Below are positions 28,267 to 38,066 of a stretch of DNA of 64,000 nt, piece after piece. Each line of letters begins with the position of its first letter. The first letter of the stretch is position 1. A program made the translations under genes and the position numbers. Source of the stretch: an uncultured virus (IMG/VR IMGVR_UViG_3300028373_000196) (lineage: Duplodnaviria > Heunggongvirae > Uroviricota > Caudoviricetes). The notes under the pieces were generated by a model. It saw nothing but the letters and a program-made list of their open reading frames with translations, was not told the DNA's origin and made no database searches. Location: the IMG/VR virus record IMGVR_UViG_3300028373_000196. The stretch is one strand, 5' to 3'.

Positions 28267-29038
28267 GGTATTGTTCCTTTATTAAGTCGGCTATGCATAA
28301 CCGGTTGGTTTGATTTCTTTTAAATTTGTTGTATATTGGGTTATCTGATGATGCTAACCATATTACATCACTTGATATTAAATCTAATTCAGTACATACT
28401 GTATCTTGATAGGGCTTAAGAGTGTTATAAACCAAGTCAATCGGTATAGTTTCAATTAATCTTTCGCCTAGGCCCATGCTGTAGTAATTATAATATTTTG
28501 CATTTACATTTAATGGTTCTAAACATCGATCTGGAGTTCTACTCCAGTAATAGCCAATTCGGTAGTTACGCAAGCCAAAACATTTACTAAAACTAAAGAA
28601 TACCTTCTCGACGTTGTCAGGTATTTTAAAGTTGGTTACCCTTGTGCTTAACAAGTATGCAAGATCAAGTACAACAGGTTTATCAGTTGGAATGCTACAA
28701 TAATTTCCATTAAAGCTAGCCGGATTTGTCCAATAATGTACGTCGCCAGTCTCCTGGCCACTTACCCATACGTAGTCACCTTTACGAATCTGTATTGCAC
28801 GTTTTTCGTCTGTCATCCAGTAGTTTAATCCTTCTGTGATGCCGTTTAACGGATATAAATATTCAAATCCACTTAAATCACAGTACGGTTTTAAATATTC
28901 AGATATGTTACTAGAAAAGACACTAACCTCGTCATGTTTTGTTAATGAAAAGTCATCAACAACATTAACTATTTCTTTAATAGGAAAACTACGTATTGCC
29001 ATACTTTGCTGCATAAGCTGTGCGATTCTGTCATTCAT
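28250..29038 (-). CDS. PLP-dependent aminotransferase-like (truncated fold type I)
   Basis: GITEG, TNP...G, VLDLAY, SFSK.FGL...RIG. Confidence 0.7.
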   Translation of the reverse strand: MNDRIAQLMQQSMAIRSFPIKEIVNVVDDFSLTKHDEVSVFSSNISEYLKPYCDLSGFEYLYPLNGITEGLNYWMTDEKRAIQIRKGDYVWVSGQETGDVHYWTNPASFNGNYCSIPTDKPVVLDLAYLLSTRVTNFKIPDNVEKVFFSFSKCFGLRNYRIGYYWSRTPDRCLEPLNVNAKYYNYYSMGLGERLIETIPIDLVYNTLKPYQDTVCTELDLISSDVIWLASSDNPIYNKFKRNQTNRLCIADLIKEQYLDSTI

Positions 29039-29682
29039 ATTACTTTGAATATTCTCTGTGCTATTAATTGCTGTGCTACCCAGCCCCCGGTGTCGTATTT
29101 GTGTAACCGTATTTTTCTAAAATTATTATGGTGCTCTAAATGATATCCTTCGCCTGCTATTAACAAATTCAGCCAAGCATTATTTGTTGGGCCATCTTTG
29201 TGTCCTAGTGTGTTAAGTAAGCCAAATCCTAGTTTAGCATGAACAAAGGGCATTAGTGCAAATGCAACAAAAAACTTAATCCCAATTAACAAAGACACAA
29301 TCCAAACAACTATAATAATCTTAAACCAATGCTTGTGGCAGAATACTAACATAGAGTTCTGATACAAGTCCTTTGCATACTTAATTGGAATACGAGGAAT
29401 GTTCCACGTAGTACTTAACACTTTCCAGAATCCAATATGCTTAGGAGAGTGCGGGTCGTGTTCGGTGTCAGCATGCGCATGGTGTAATCGATGACTAGCT
29501 ATCCATCCAATTGGCGATTTTATAACAACAACCATTAACATTGCCAGTCCAATTGCTTCAAACCATTTTGGTACTGCAAATTGTCTGTGACAATAATATC
29601 GATGTAGCAGAATACTTGCTGCCCAGTGAGATATAATAGTTCCCCATAATAGACCAAGGAGTATAACATAAATCCAATCCAT
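29035..29682 (-). CDS. Membrane fatty-acid desaturase (delta-9-like)
   Basis: His boxes HRYYCH, HRLHH and HLEHH; DPHSP; GEGYH; hydrophobic helices. Confidence 0.88.
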   Translation of the reverse strand: MDWIYVILLGLLWGTIISHWAASILLHRYYCHRQFAVPKWFEAIGLAMLMVVVIKSPIGWIASHRLHHAHADTEHDPHSPKHIGFWKVLSTTWNIPRIPIKYAKDLYQNSMLVFCHKHWFKIIIVVWIVSLLIGIKFFVAFALMPFVHAKLGFGLLNTLGHKDGPTNNAWLNLLIAGEGYHLEHHNNFRKIRLHKYDTGGWVAQQLIAQRIFKVI

Positions 29683-30398
29683 TATATGTTTCTCACAATG
29701 TCAATACTATCTTGCCACGTCTTTGTATTACTTTCAAAATTAATATTACAAATCACCCGATGTTTTGTTCCAGTATTAATTGCTTCATGCCACTGCTTGA
29801 CATTCCACAATACCGGTTTATCAACTAGCGCATATCTACAAGCAACATCGTCATTTGTAAACAAGTACTTGTCAGATCCTTTGTTATATTTTTTCCAGTA
29901 ATATTCGCTCCAGTATACTCCGACATTTGGATCTTCTGGAATATAGCCGTCTACGTCTTCATACATAGGCCAACTTGTTAGTGTATTTTCGTCGCAGCCT
30001 GCAACTGGAAATATTAAACTTGCTACACTTGTTTTTGTATGGTGCCTGTGTCCAAAAAATAAGTGCTCAACTGCTTTGAATTCAGGCTGAGTCGGATCTG
30101 CTTGGAAGAACTTTAGGCTTTGTGTAAAACCGTGTTTGTGCAGGGCTTGTGAAAGTTCTTTATGCTCAATTAAGTCAGAGGTATTAATAACTTGCATAAC
30201 CGGCTTGTCCGGATCATACAAGTTATAATGGTCTTTATAGTTATTGATAAAGTAGTTGGTTTCTGGATGTTGTGTATATATGTTAGGAAGGTGTGCAAAT
30301 ATTTGCTGTATTTGCTCATATATAAATTCTAAGCCGGGCGTCCACTCTAATTCATGTACAAAATCTTTTGCAAGTACTGGATCTGTTAATATTGGCAT
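29682..30398 (-). CDS. Cupin/Fe-2OG oxygenase-like protein
   Basis: HRH...SLIFPV...PVLWNVKQWH.AIN...HR double-stranded beta-helix pattern. Confidence 0.5.
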   Translation of the reverse strand: MPILTDPVLAKDFVHELEWTPGLEFIYEQIQQIFAHLPNIYTQHPETNYFINNYKDHYNLYDPDKPVMQVINTSDLIEHKELSQALHKHGFTQSLKFFQADPTQPEFKAVEHLFFGHRHHTKTSVASLIFPVAGCDENTLTSWPMYEDVDGYIPEDPNVGVYWSEYYWKKYNKGSDKYLFTNDDVACRYALVDKPVLWNVKQWHEAINTGTKHRVICNINFESNTKTWQDSIDIVRNI

Positions 30399-30967
30399 TA
30401 TCGATTTCCTATTATTGTTGCTACTAAATGCGATCGAACACTTTTACTACCGTTGAAGACCGAATGCAAAATAGTAGTATCGGTAAAATACCATTTATTT
30501 TTTTCTAAATGCTTCACTTGATCATCAATTACCATAAAACACCCAGTGTGTGTGTCTATTGGGAAATGCACTCTTGGATGGTAGTCAACATGCCAAGACA
30601 AACATGTCTTGGGATGTAGATTCATTATGCGCACTCTACCTAGGATATACTTATCACTAAGCGCATTGTATACTTTTTCAAAACTTGTATTTATAAATTG
30701 GTCACATAATATTGTAAAGTCGGATTCGTTAAGTATAACTTTATTTACAGGAACGTCAATATTTCCATCTTTGTCAACCGTTGAGTTATCCCAGTCGTAA
30801 TACAAGCTACCGGTTCCTAATAAGTAGTCGGTATTTTTTCCTGGAAGAGTATTTAAACAAATTTGTGAACCATTATTATACTTAATAATGTTGTCATCTA
30901 CTAATTTCGTTAGGTCGGTATGTAAGTCAAAGACCGGTAAGTCAGCAAGTTCAGTGAAATGTTTCAT
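30398..30967 (-). CDS. Asp/Asn beta-hydroxylase-like Fe/2OG oxygenase
   Basis: GRVRIM.L.PKTCLSWHVD..PRVH.PI...HSVFNG...R.HL. Start MKHF follows the ATAAATA motif. Confidence 0.78.
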   Translation of the reverse strand: MKHFTELADLPVFDLHTDLTKLVDDNIIKYNNGSQICLNTLPGKNTDYLLGTGSLYYDWDNSTVDKDGNIDVPVNKVILNESDFTILCDQFINTSFEKVYNALSDKYILGRVRIMNLHPKTCLSWHVDYHPRVHFPIDTHTGCFMVIDDQVKHLEKNKWYFTDTTILHSVFNGSKSVRSHLVATIIGNR

Positions 30968-30980
30968 ATTAGTATTTATG

Positions 30981-32351
30981 TTAAGGCAGTTTACGTTTTG
31001 GAATTTTAGAATCGGCACTGCTTACACAACTGTCTGTTATGCACGGCATTGCTTTGTTAAATAATTTAAACCCAGTTTCGACATTACCGAGCGGCACATC
31101 ATGACATGAGTAGCTTCGTTTAACCGATCCGTCGGGTTCACGTATTATAATTCCTTGATACCCAGCGTTGCAACTCCATCCTTTGAATTTATTGAAGTTA
31201 AAAGCATTGAATCGTTCAGCTTGATCCATGTACCATTTTGTACCGTCCTTGTCTTTGAGTTCTATCTGCATATGCCACGGAACACTTGCGTCGTTGTTGC
31301 CTACTACTTCTTTTGGTATTTCAAAAGTTGCTTTGGGACGATTAGCCCATGTGCGTTTAGATTCTGTATAGGCGCGCTGCGGCATGCCGTTGTGCAATGC
31401 CTTGAGTATTTCTTCGGAATAACCGTCTACAATTCGAGAAGCAGTTGGGTCACTCATCGGCTTGAGCGTAACATTAATTCCTTGCTCATGAAAGAATAAT
31501 GCGTTATTCCAATCTTTGTCGAACCATTCAGGAACCATAACCATATTAATGGTAACTTGTACATCGTGTTCTTGGCAATATATCAACTTGTCTGCAAAGT
31601 CTTGCATTTTTGCAGTCGTGTCCAAGTGCTCTGTGTGCAAACTTGCAGTAATACTTGCGCGATGGAATGACTTTGTAATTTCTACATACTCCTCAAACCA
31701 GCTCATAGGGCGCGAGCAATTGCTGGTCATGTGTGTTGATGTGTAATTTGTAGACCCGACGTCAGCAGCAAGGTGTTTGAGCATGTCAAGGTACCCTGGG
31801 TGGAACGTGGGTTCGCCACCGCTCAACGAAAAGTGAAAGCTGTTAAAGCCATTTTCTCTAGCTTGTCGTTTGATCTCGTCAATTGTTTTTAAACAAAGCT
31901 CGGTTGGCCTGTGATCTTTTTTATCAGATCGAGCGTAAGGCCAGCAATCATATTGTTCAAACAGTGTCGTTAATACTGTCCCGGAACGTATCCAGCTGCA
32001 TGTTACCATGCAGATCAGACTATATCATCATCCCAGTTGTGGGATGCTCCCCGTTTCGACTCACATGAGCCTACGTCTTTCGACTAGTCGTTGAACCTTC
32101 TTTGTGTAACAAAGCTTGGCTGCTGATTGCCCAAAAGCATGGGGTTTCCAGCAATTAAAGGAGTTTTCGACCATTGTTACCAATGGAAGTCGCATTGATG
32201 TTTACGAACAGCGGTAGTTACAGAAGCGGCCCAAGATCCAGCTCACTGTAAATAGATCTCTGTATAGCATTGTTCGTTGCCCAACACTTACTATATCATC
32301 AAATGGTATTTTTGTGAAGTCATATTCACTCCATTTTAAATTATTGTTCAT
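30981..32351 (-). CDS. Radical SAM protein, spliced: join(32351..32204, 31948..30981), 371 aa
   Basis: Exon 1 is MNNNLKW...WILGRFCNYRCS+T; exon 2 is AT-TGC-TGG.... Joining them gives CNYRCSYCW (CxxxCxxC), then SGGEP and C-terminal Cys motifs. Confidence 0.9.
31949..32203 (-). ncRNA. Group I self-splicing intron, 255 nt, no ORF
   Basis: P AATTGCTGGAAA, Q AATCAGCAG, R GTTCAACGACTA, S ATGATATAGTCT. The 5' exon ends in U and the intron ends in G. The IGS CAATGCGA pairs with exon TCGT|ATTG. Confidence 0.93.
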
Positions 32352-32409
32352 ATATTTGCCATCCTTTGCATGATTTGGTTTGCTGTAATAAATCTTCTGT
32401 CATACGTTT

Positions 32410-32438
32410 AGTATAACACCATTGTAATATTATGTCAA
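32410..32438 (-). promoter_or_regulatory. sigma70-type promoter
   Basis: TTGACA-17 nt-TATACT upstream of the intron-containing gene. Confidence 0.7.
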
Positions 32439-32447
32439 CTATTTACT

Positions 32448-33389
32448 TTATAGCTGCTGTTTGGTAAAATGGTCACGATTATTTTGCTTGCACGCCTGTA
32501 TACATTTGGGTATCTTGTTATCACTATCCCACGAATTCATAATATCAGTAAATACCTTTCCGTGTAGTGCCTGCTTAACAGACACATTTGCCAAGTTAAT
32601 ATCATTTTTGTAATCGTTGTCAACTAGTATTTCTTCAAATCTATCCTTTGATTTTTCTGTTACTGAAAACTCCATCATCTTACTGTTGAGATGACAGCAC
32701 GGAATGACATTACCCATGTGATTAACAAATATACGCTTTTGGCCACTGTATTTGCAAGATATACATGGTGACTCATCAGCCTCTATTTTTTTGTGCGTTA
32801 TACCACTAGTATCAGGTCGATGACTAATAATGGTTTTAAAATCTTTAAACCCTTCGTCCTTGGCCAGTTGTTTTGCTATATGAGTTTGGTGCTGATTGTG
32901 TTCAAATTCAATATATTGCCAAACTGATTGGCCGCCTGCTGCAATAAACGATCTATAATTGGTTTGTACCTTTTTAAAACTACTGCCTTCTCGGTAGATC
33001 TCACTTGTTTCGTCAGCTCCGTCGATCCCCCAAGTAACTCTGTGACTAGCAGGTAATATGCCTGCTAGCTTCGCCCACCAACCAGCAGTTCGTAAACTAC
33101 CATTGGTAGCAATATTAATGTGTACGTTCCAGTCTGCAAAATGTTTTATAATTTCAAAGAAATCAGGATGTGTAGTAGGTTCGTCTACACTGCCGCAGAA
33201 ATTAATAATCTGCATGTTTGGAAACATTGATTTTTGAAATCTAGTTCTTATGGTGTCCAAGTCTAAGTATGTTTTGTTTAATATTTTGTCTGCATGATCG
33301 GACAATACACGAAAGCATCCTTTGCATTGTATGTTACAATAACTTGTAAGTTCGATGTCTATCCACTCTAATGTATCAGTTGACCACAT
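32448..33389 (-). CDS. Radical SAM protein with Twitch/SPASM-like C-terminus
   Basis: CNIQCKGC, TNG, C...IPCC...CIQAC. Confidence 0.88.
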   Translation of the reverse strand: MWSTDTLEWIDIELTSYCNIQCKGCFRVLSDHADKILNKTYLDLDTIRTRFQKSMFPNMQIINFCGSVDEPTTHPDFFEIIKHFADWNVHINIATNGSLRTAGWWAKLAGILPASHRVTWGIDGADETSEIYREGSSFKKVQTNYRSFIAAGGQSVWQYIEFEHNQHQTHIAKQLAKDEGFKDFKTIISHRPDTSGITHKKIEADESPCISCKYSGQKRIFVNHMGNVIPCCHLNSKMMEFSVTEKSKDRFEEILVDNDYKNDINLANVSVKQALHGKVFTDIMNSWDSDNKIPKCIQACKQNNRDHFTKQQL

Positions 33390-34654
33390 TAGTTATACTC
33401 CGTAGGGATTATTGGTGCGGATTTTGGTACAGGTGCTTCGCTATTTTTAAAAACGTCCATATTTACATGACCAGATAACACAGTTTTATAATTCTCAGGA
33501 TATGCACTCTTTGGAGCGCATAACCCGCAACCACAAGTGTGTTTAGGACAAACAATTGTGGGCATGGTTTTGGTTTCTAGTTGATGTCTTAGTTGTGCAA
33601 GAATAGCTGCGCCTTCGCTTATTTTGCCAATAGGGCCGCGTGTTTGGTCAAATTTTGCTTGACATGTTTGGTGATGAAAGACTTGATCGGTTTGCTGCTC
33701 AAGATGAAGAAAGAACCAATTGACGCTGCAATGCCACCCCTTGAAGTTTCTAAAGTCTACAAAGGTACTTTTCTTAGATTCTGTTTTGCTGCTCAAGCAC
33801 ATTTCTCTACTACCACAACACGGGCGGCCGATTGCCCATCCGTCTTTTTTAGATGCAGGCTTTTTGACTTGGACTTCTTCTAATTCCTCTTCCACACCTT
33901 CTATTTCTACTTCTTCCATTAACTTAGGCAGCTTATCAGTTGATTTGTGCTCTTTGTTTAGTTCTGCATTACGATACTTCCAGTAATTTTTCATAAAGTC
34001 TAGTTGTTCGTCAGTGTACTGGTGTGCAAAGTTGTCTCGACTGCCGGCTTCTTCGCCGATGATTCTAGGTACATATTTTACACCAGCGTCTTCTAGAAAA
34101 TTACAAAGATCCTTGCATTCGTCAAAATGTTGTGCGTGAAACATTACGTTTACATTCATTGTAAAGTTATGCTGTGGGCCAGATTTGTGAAATTGCATAA
34201 TTCGATCTCGTACTTGCTTTTTGAGCTTTAGGTCGCTTTCTGCATGATAACTCACAGTGATGTGCTGCAAATTTTCCATTATTCTTGTAGCCATTTTTGC
34301 GCCCATTGCACCATTACTGGTTAATGAAAATCTAGCTCGCCATTTATCTTTATACTTATTAGCATGCTCTTCTTTTAAGTATTGAATAAATGTTATAAAG
34401 TTAGGGTTTACTGTGGGTTCTCCGCCTGTAAAACTAATAGTGGATGATTTGTGATCTCTGTGTTCCATGTATGTATCAATATATTCAAACACAAAGTTGG
34501 CGTTATTTTTTAATTCATCTAATGTAGCATGGGCACTAAAGTTGTCATGTCGATAAACGGGGCAATAACTACAATCATAATTACAGCGTCGCCCTAAATC
34601 CCATGTAACCTGAAAAGCATTTCCAGTTAGCAAGTCTACTGTATCAAAACTCAT
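33389..34654 (-). CDS. Radical SAM protein
   Basis: CNYDCSYC, TGGEP, Cys-rich C-terminus (CC...C...CPKHTCGCGLCAPK). Confidence 0.9.
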   Translation of the reverse strand: MSFDTVDLLTGNAFQVTWDLGRRCNYDCSYCPVYRHDNFSAHATLDELKNNANFVFEYIDTYMEHRDHKSSTISFTGGEPTVNPNFITFIQYLKEEHANKYKDKWRARFSLTSNGAMGAKMATRIMENLQHITVSYHAESDLKLKKQVRDRIMQFHKSGPQHNFTMNVNVMFHAQHFDECKDLCNFLEDAGVKYVPRIIGEEAGSRDNFAHQYTDEQLDFMKNYWKYRNAELNKEHKSTDKLPKLMEEVEIEGVEEELEEVQVKKPASKKDGWAIGRPCCGSREMCLSSKTESKKSTFVDFRNFKGWHCSVNWFFLHLEQQTDQVFHHQTCQAKFDQTRGPIGKISEGAAILAQLRHQLETKTMPTIVCPKHTCGCGLCAPKSAYPENYKTVLSGHVNMDVFKNSEAPVPKSAPIIPTEYN

Positions 34655-36057
34655 TTAAATATATCCTTCATTTCTGGAAATGTTTCTGCAAATTTATTGC
34701 CGCGTTGGGTGTCACAGAGTTTTAAGAATTCTTGCATCTCTGGAAGGCGACGACTCCAGTCTTCACTTTCCATAAACTGCAACATACCGTTGAGGCGCTG
34801 TATACCGTACTCTGCACTGCGCCATTGTTCGTAATCAACTTTACCTTTATGCCACTCAGGAATACCTAACTCCCAATTGGCTTCCCACCACGGATACCAA
34901 GCTTCGTATTTTTCTCTGCATTCTTGTTTGAACCATGCGGGCAATGATTTAACATTCAAGTGTGCAGGCCAATATACAAAATGCTGACTAATTCCGCCTG
35001 CACCGAACGGCCACATATTAATTTTCTTAAACCCTTGTTCTAATTTCCATTGTATGAAATCTGGAATATAGTATATGTTCAACGCCTGCACTGCACATGC
35101 AATAGTAACTTCGACATTGTCGCTGGTCTGTGTATCAAGAATGTGAAATACTTCTTCTTGTCGTGTCCATTTGCTAGGATATCGAATGTAGTCGTTCATT
35201 TCTTTTATACTATCTATCGAGTAATGAAAGCGTACAATTTTGAATTCCTTCCATAGCTCAAATAAATCAGGTCTCCACTCAACTCCATTTGAGTTATAAC
35301 GTAACTCGAGATTCTTAGCATAGCCCATTTTGATAGCGTGCTCGAGTATTTCATAATGTTCCTCAATAATCAAGCTTTCGCCACCTGCGAAATAAATTTG
35401 TTGCATGGTTGCCATTTGCTCGTAAAACTGTGTCCAAAACGTTGGATTTTGTTTGTGCCAGTTGTAGCTCGATCCGTTTGTGCTTCCTTTATCTTGCCAC
35501 TGCATAATCTCTTTGAGACTTTCATTTTTAACGGCTGGGAATATGGACTTATAATCTTTTATCCATCCGCTACTGTCATGGGGACTACACATAACACATG
35601 CCAACTGGCATTTAGTGCCAAATCGTAAGTCTATATATGCTAGATTTGGCGGAACTTCGCCGTCCTCTGTAGTGTCTGCTAGTATCTTCTCAAGGTCGAC
35701 TCGTTTGCTCCAGTAATTGGTTTCCCACTGCCGTTTACTACGATGTCCAGCTGCTTCTTCTTTGAAGCATTTTAAACAACTAGGAGGCTTTTCTCCGTTG
35801 AGCATTTGCTTGCGGACGTTTTTCATATAGTTGCTGTTCCAAGCAGTCTTAAAATCACTTACATTTAAGTTGTTTGGCTTACCGTCGTCTGTTTTAAGAA
35901 TTCCCACTTGCCCACCGTGTTCTGTGTCGTTTGTTGGGCCAACACTACTAGCGTTGGCAGTGCAACAAACTCTGAGACTTCCGTCAGGGCGGGTAGATAA
36001 ATGCATCCAAGGTAAGATACAAAATGTTTCTGACGGAGGAGTAATTTTATCTGTCAT
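34651..36057 (-). CDS. Radical SAM protein with N-terminal Twitch/SPASM domain
   Basis: FCILPW...VCC...CLKC N-terminal domain, then CQLACVMC, AGGES, YNSN. Confidence 0.9.
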   Translation of the reverse strand: MTDKITPPSETFCILPWMHLSTRPDGSLRVCCTANASSVGPTNDTEHGGQVGILKTDDGKPNNLNVSDFKTAWNSNYMKNVRKQMLNGEKPPSCLKCFKEEAAGHRSKRQWETNYWSKRVDLEKILADTTEDGEVPPNLAYIDLRFGTKCQLACVMCSPHDSSGWIKDYKSIFPAVKNESLKEIMQWQDKGSTNGSSYNWHKQNPTFWTQFYEQMATMQQIYFAGGESLIIEEHYEILEHAIKMGYAKNLELRYNSNGVEWRPDLFELWKEFKIVRFHYSIDSIKEMNDYIRYPSKWTRQEEVFHILDTQTSDNVEVTIACAVQALNIYYIPDFIQWKLEQGFKKINMWPFGAGGISQHFVYWPAHLNVKSLPAWFKQECREKYEAWYPWWEANWELGIPEWHKGKVDYEQWRSAEYGIQRLNGMLQFMESEDWSRRLPEMQEFLKLCDTQRGNKFAETFPEMKDIFK

Positions 36058-36907
36058 GTAACCCTACTTTTTCTATTGCCCAGTTGCGCTCGACACACCA
36101 AAAACACTTACCACATTCTGGTATGTGTGCGTCAGGATTTTGAGTGTACCATGTAAAGTTCATTCCTGATGACAGGTAAGTATTGCTATCGCCTTCGCAA
36201 CTTCTAGTGATATACAATAATTCGAGTATATCGTGATTCACGTATTGCCGAATTACCCAATCTTTTTCTGTTAATCGAAGAGGTGTAAGACTCCATGATG
36301 TAGTATCGTCTGCTATATATGCAAGAGAGTTTAGAGATTGTTCGATGTTGTCTCGATTCATCATCCTATCGAAAATTTCATACCCTACCGTTGGATTTTT
36401 AGTAGTAGCATTGTAACATGCATTATACTGATGTGTCACTGCTAGATACTTATTAAACGATCCAACCATAATCTGATCCATTGATCGGCCATTATGAATA
36501 TTGCCAATTGCGCCGTGTTCGAGCTCAGGAGGCAAATAAGTCACTACTTGATGTGTAATTATGTCAGGAAATCTATTTTTGAGCCACTTATAAACGTTAG
36601 TCGATACAGTAGATTGCCACGGTCGGGTAAACCAATTGCGTACAAATGTAATTATCTCAATTTTGCAGTTGTAATTATTATCTTTAATGGTTGTGGCCAT
36701 CAAAAATGCCATTATGGCACTATCGGCGCCGCCGCTGAGATTGATTCCCACCTTTGTCCATTCTGGATTCATCGGAATTACAACATTATCAAAGTTGTGG
36801 GCCTTTAATCCAATTTTGTTAAGTGTATCAGGGGTTGCACCAGTAGCGGCATTTGCCCATGCATACGAACTGTTGTACTCAGCTGAATTGTATAATGATT
36901 GATTCAT
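36047..36907 (-). CDS. QueC-like PP-loop ATPase
   Basis: LSGGADSA PP-loop; TRSC...CGKCFWC.ER Zn motif as in QueC. Confidence 0.7.
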   Translation of the reverse strand: MNQSLYNSAEYNSSYAWANAATGATPDTLNKIGLKAHNFDNVVIPMNPEWTKVGINLSGGADSAIMAFLMATTIKDNNYNCKIEIITFVRNWFTRPWQSTVSTNVYKWLKNRFPDIITHQVVTYLPPELEHGAIGNIHNGRSMDQIMVGSFNKYLAVTHQYNACYNATTKNPTVGYEIFDRMMNRDNIEQSLNSLAYIADDTTSWSLTPLRLTEKDWVIRQYVNHDILELLYITRSCEGDSNTYLSSGMNFTWYTQNPDAHIPECGKCFWCVERNWAIEKVGLHDR

Positions 36908-36986
36908 GTTGTTATTTTCCTACTATATTAGTATATATTTATATACGTATATTTCTGCTGCTGGTAATCTGAACTACAACACAAAA

Positions 36987-38060
36987 TTATTGTTTTATGG
37001 TTATTTCATTATGATATGCTTTGTTATGAGCGCAAGTTAGTATACACCGTGACAAATGCTGTGCGTGGGCCGGATTCCAACTTTGTTCTAACACTTCAGA
37101 AAACCAATCATGAGATAATACGGCGTCTATATCCTGATCCTTGACACTGTTCCATCCGTTTGTGTATTTTGATAACTTGTCTGTAATTTGATCTCTATTT
37201 TTAAACGTGCTGTCCCAAAGAAAGCAACATGGCCAAACTTCAAGCTGGGCACTAATAAATATTTCGGCTTCGTGTACATATTTGCAAGTGATCGACGAAA
37301 CCACTCGTTGTGTTTGGTAGCTATCGTTATTTTTATAGTTTTCAATAAATTCAGCAAGTTCATAAACCTGTTGTTTTTTAGTATGTTCTTTTTTGCCAGA
37401 GGTTGTAATTACACTTTGTTCAGTAACTAGTTTTTTTGTATTAGCATCTCGTTTCTTTATAATAGAAACCCAGTCGTGGTAACTGTTTCTCATTCCAGTT
37501 CTAGTTGCAAACTTGAACCCCAGCGACTTAGCATGCGCCTCAGCAGCAGGCAACTCATACTCATTGTGATCAAATACAATAAATATCCAAGTTGCAGCAG
37601 AGTGGCCAGCGCCGCCGGCTCGGTATGCTTGCATATTACGGTCGATTACTTTAAAGTTGGTGTTTACCCTATAGACGTGATTGGTTTCTCTGTGGCCGTC
37701 GATGCAAAAGTTGATCTCGACATTCTTTGTTTCTTTGCTCAACTCGCCAAGTCGGTGCCACCACGTTGCTGTTTGATAACCGCCATTGGTGCTCAATTGA
37801 CAAAATCCGCCGTTGGTGGACAGATATTCTACCATATCGACACATTCTATGTTGAGTGCCGGGTCGCCAAGCACTCCGCAGAATTTAAATTGCTTGCCTG
37901 CAATATATTCTCGCGAAGGAAACAATCGCTTTATATCAGCAAGTCCAAACCCAGTGACTAAAAATTTACCAAAATTCTGCGTTCTTGCACAACCAGGGCA
38001 AGCTGCATTACAATCACTTGTAATTTCTAATTCGACTTTTTTGATGTTTAATAAGTTCAT
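36987..38060 (-). CDS. Radical SAM protein with Twitch-like C-terminus
   Basis: CNAACPGC, CGVLGDP, STNGG, WPCC, CILTC. Confidence 0.9.
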   Translation of the reverse strand: MNLLNIKKVELEITSDCNAACPGCARTQNFGKFLVTGFGLADIKRLFPSREYIAGKQFKFCGVLGDPALNIECVDMVEYLSTNGGFCQLSTNGGYQTATWWHRLGELSKETKNVEINFCIDGHRETNHVYRVNTNFKVIDRNMQAYRAGGAGHSAATWIFIVFDHNEYELPAAEAHAKSLGFKFATRTGMRNSYHDWVSIIKKRDANTKKLVTEQSVITTSGKKEHTKKQQVYELAEFIENYKNNDSYQTQRVVSSITCKYVHEAEIFISAQLEVWPCCFLWDSTFKNRDQITDKLSKYTNGWNSVKDQDIDAVLSHDWFSEVLEQSWNPAHAQHLSRCILTCAHNKAYHNEITIKQ

Positions 38061-38066
38061 ATTTGG

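Noticed and set aside
31949..32009. ORF-track N-terminus MVTCSWIRSG... of the 342-aa ORF
   Set aside because: It is intron sequence; the real N-terminus is exon 1 at 32351-32204.
32204..32447. Homing endonuclease associated with the group I intron
   Set aside because: The intron is only 255 nt with no ORF, and adjacent genes are radical SAMs; any mobilising nuclease would have to act in trans.
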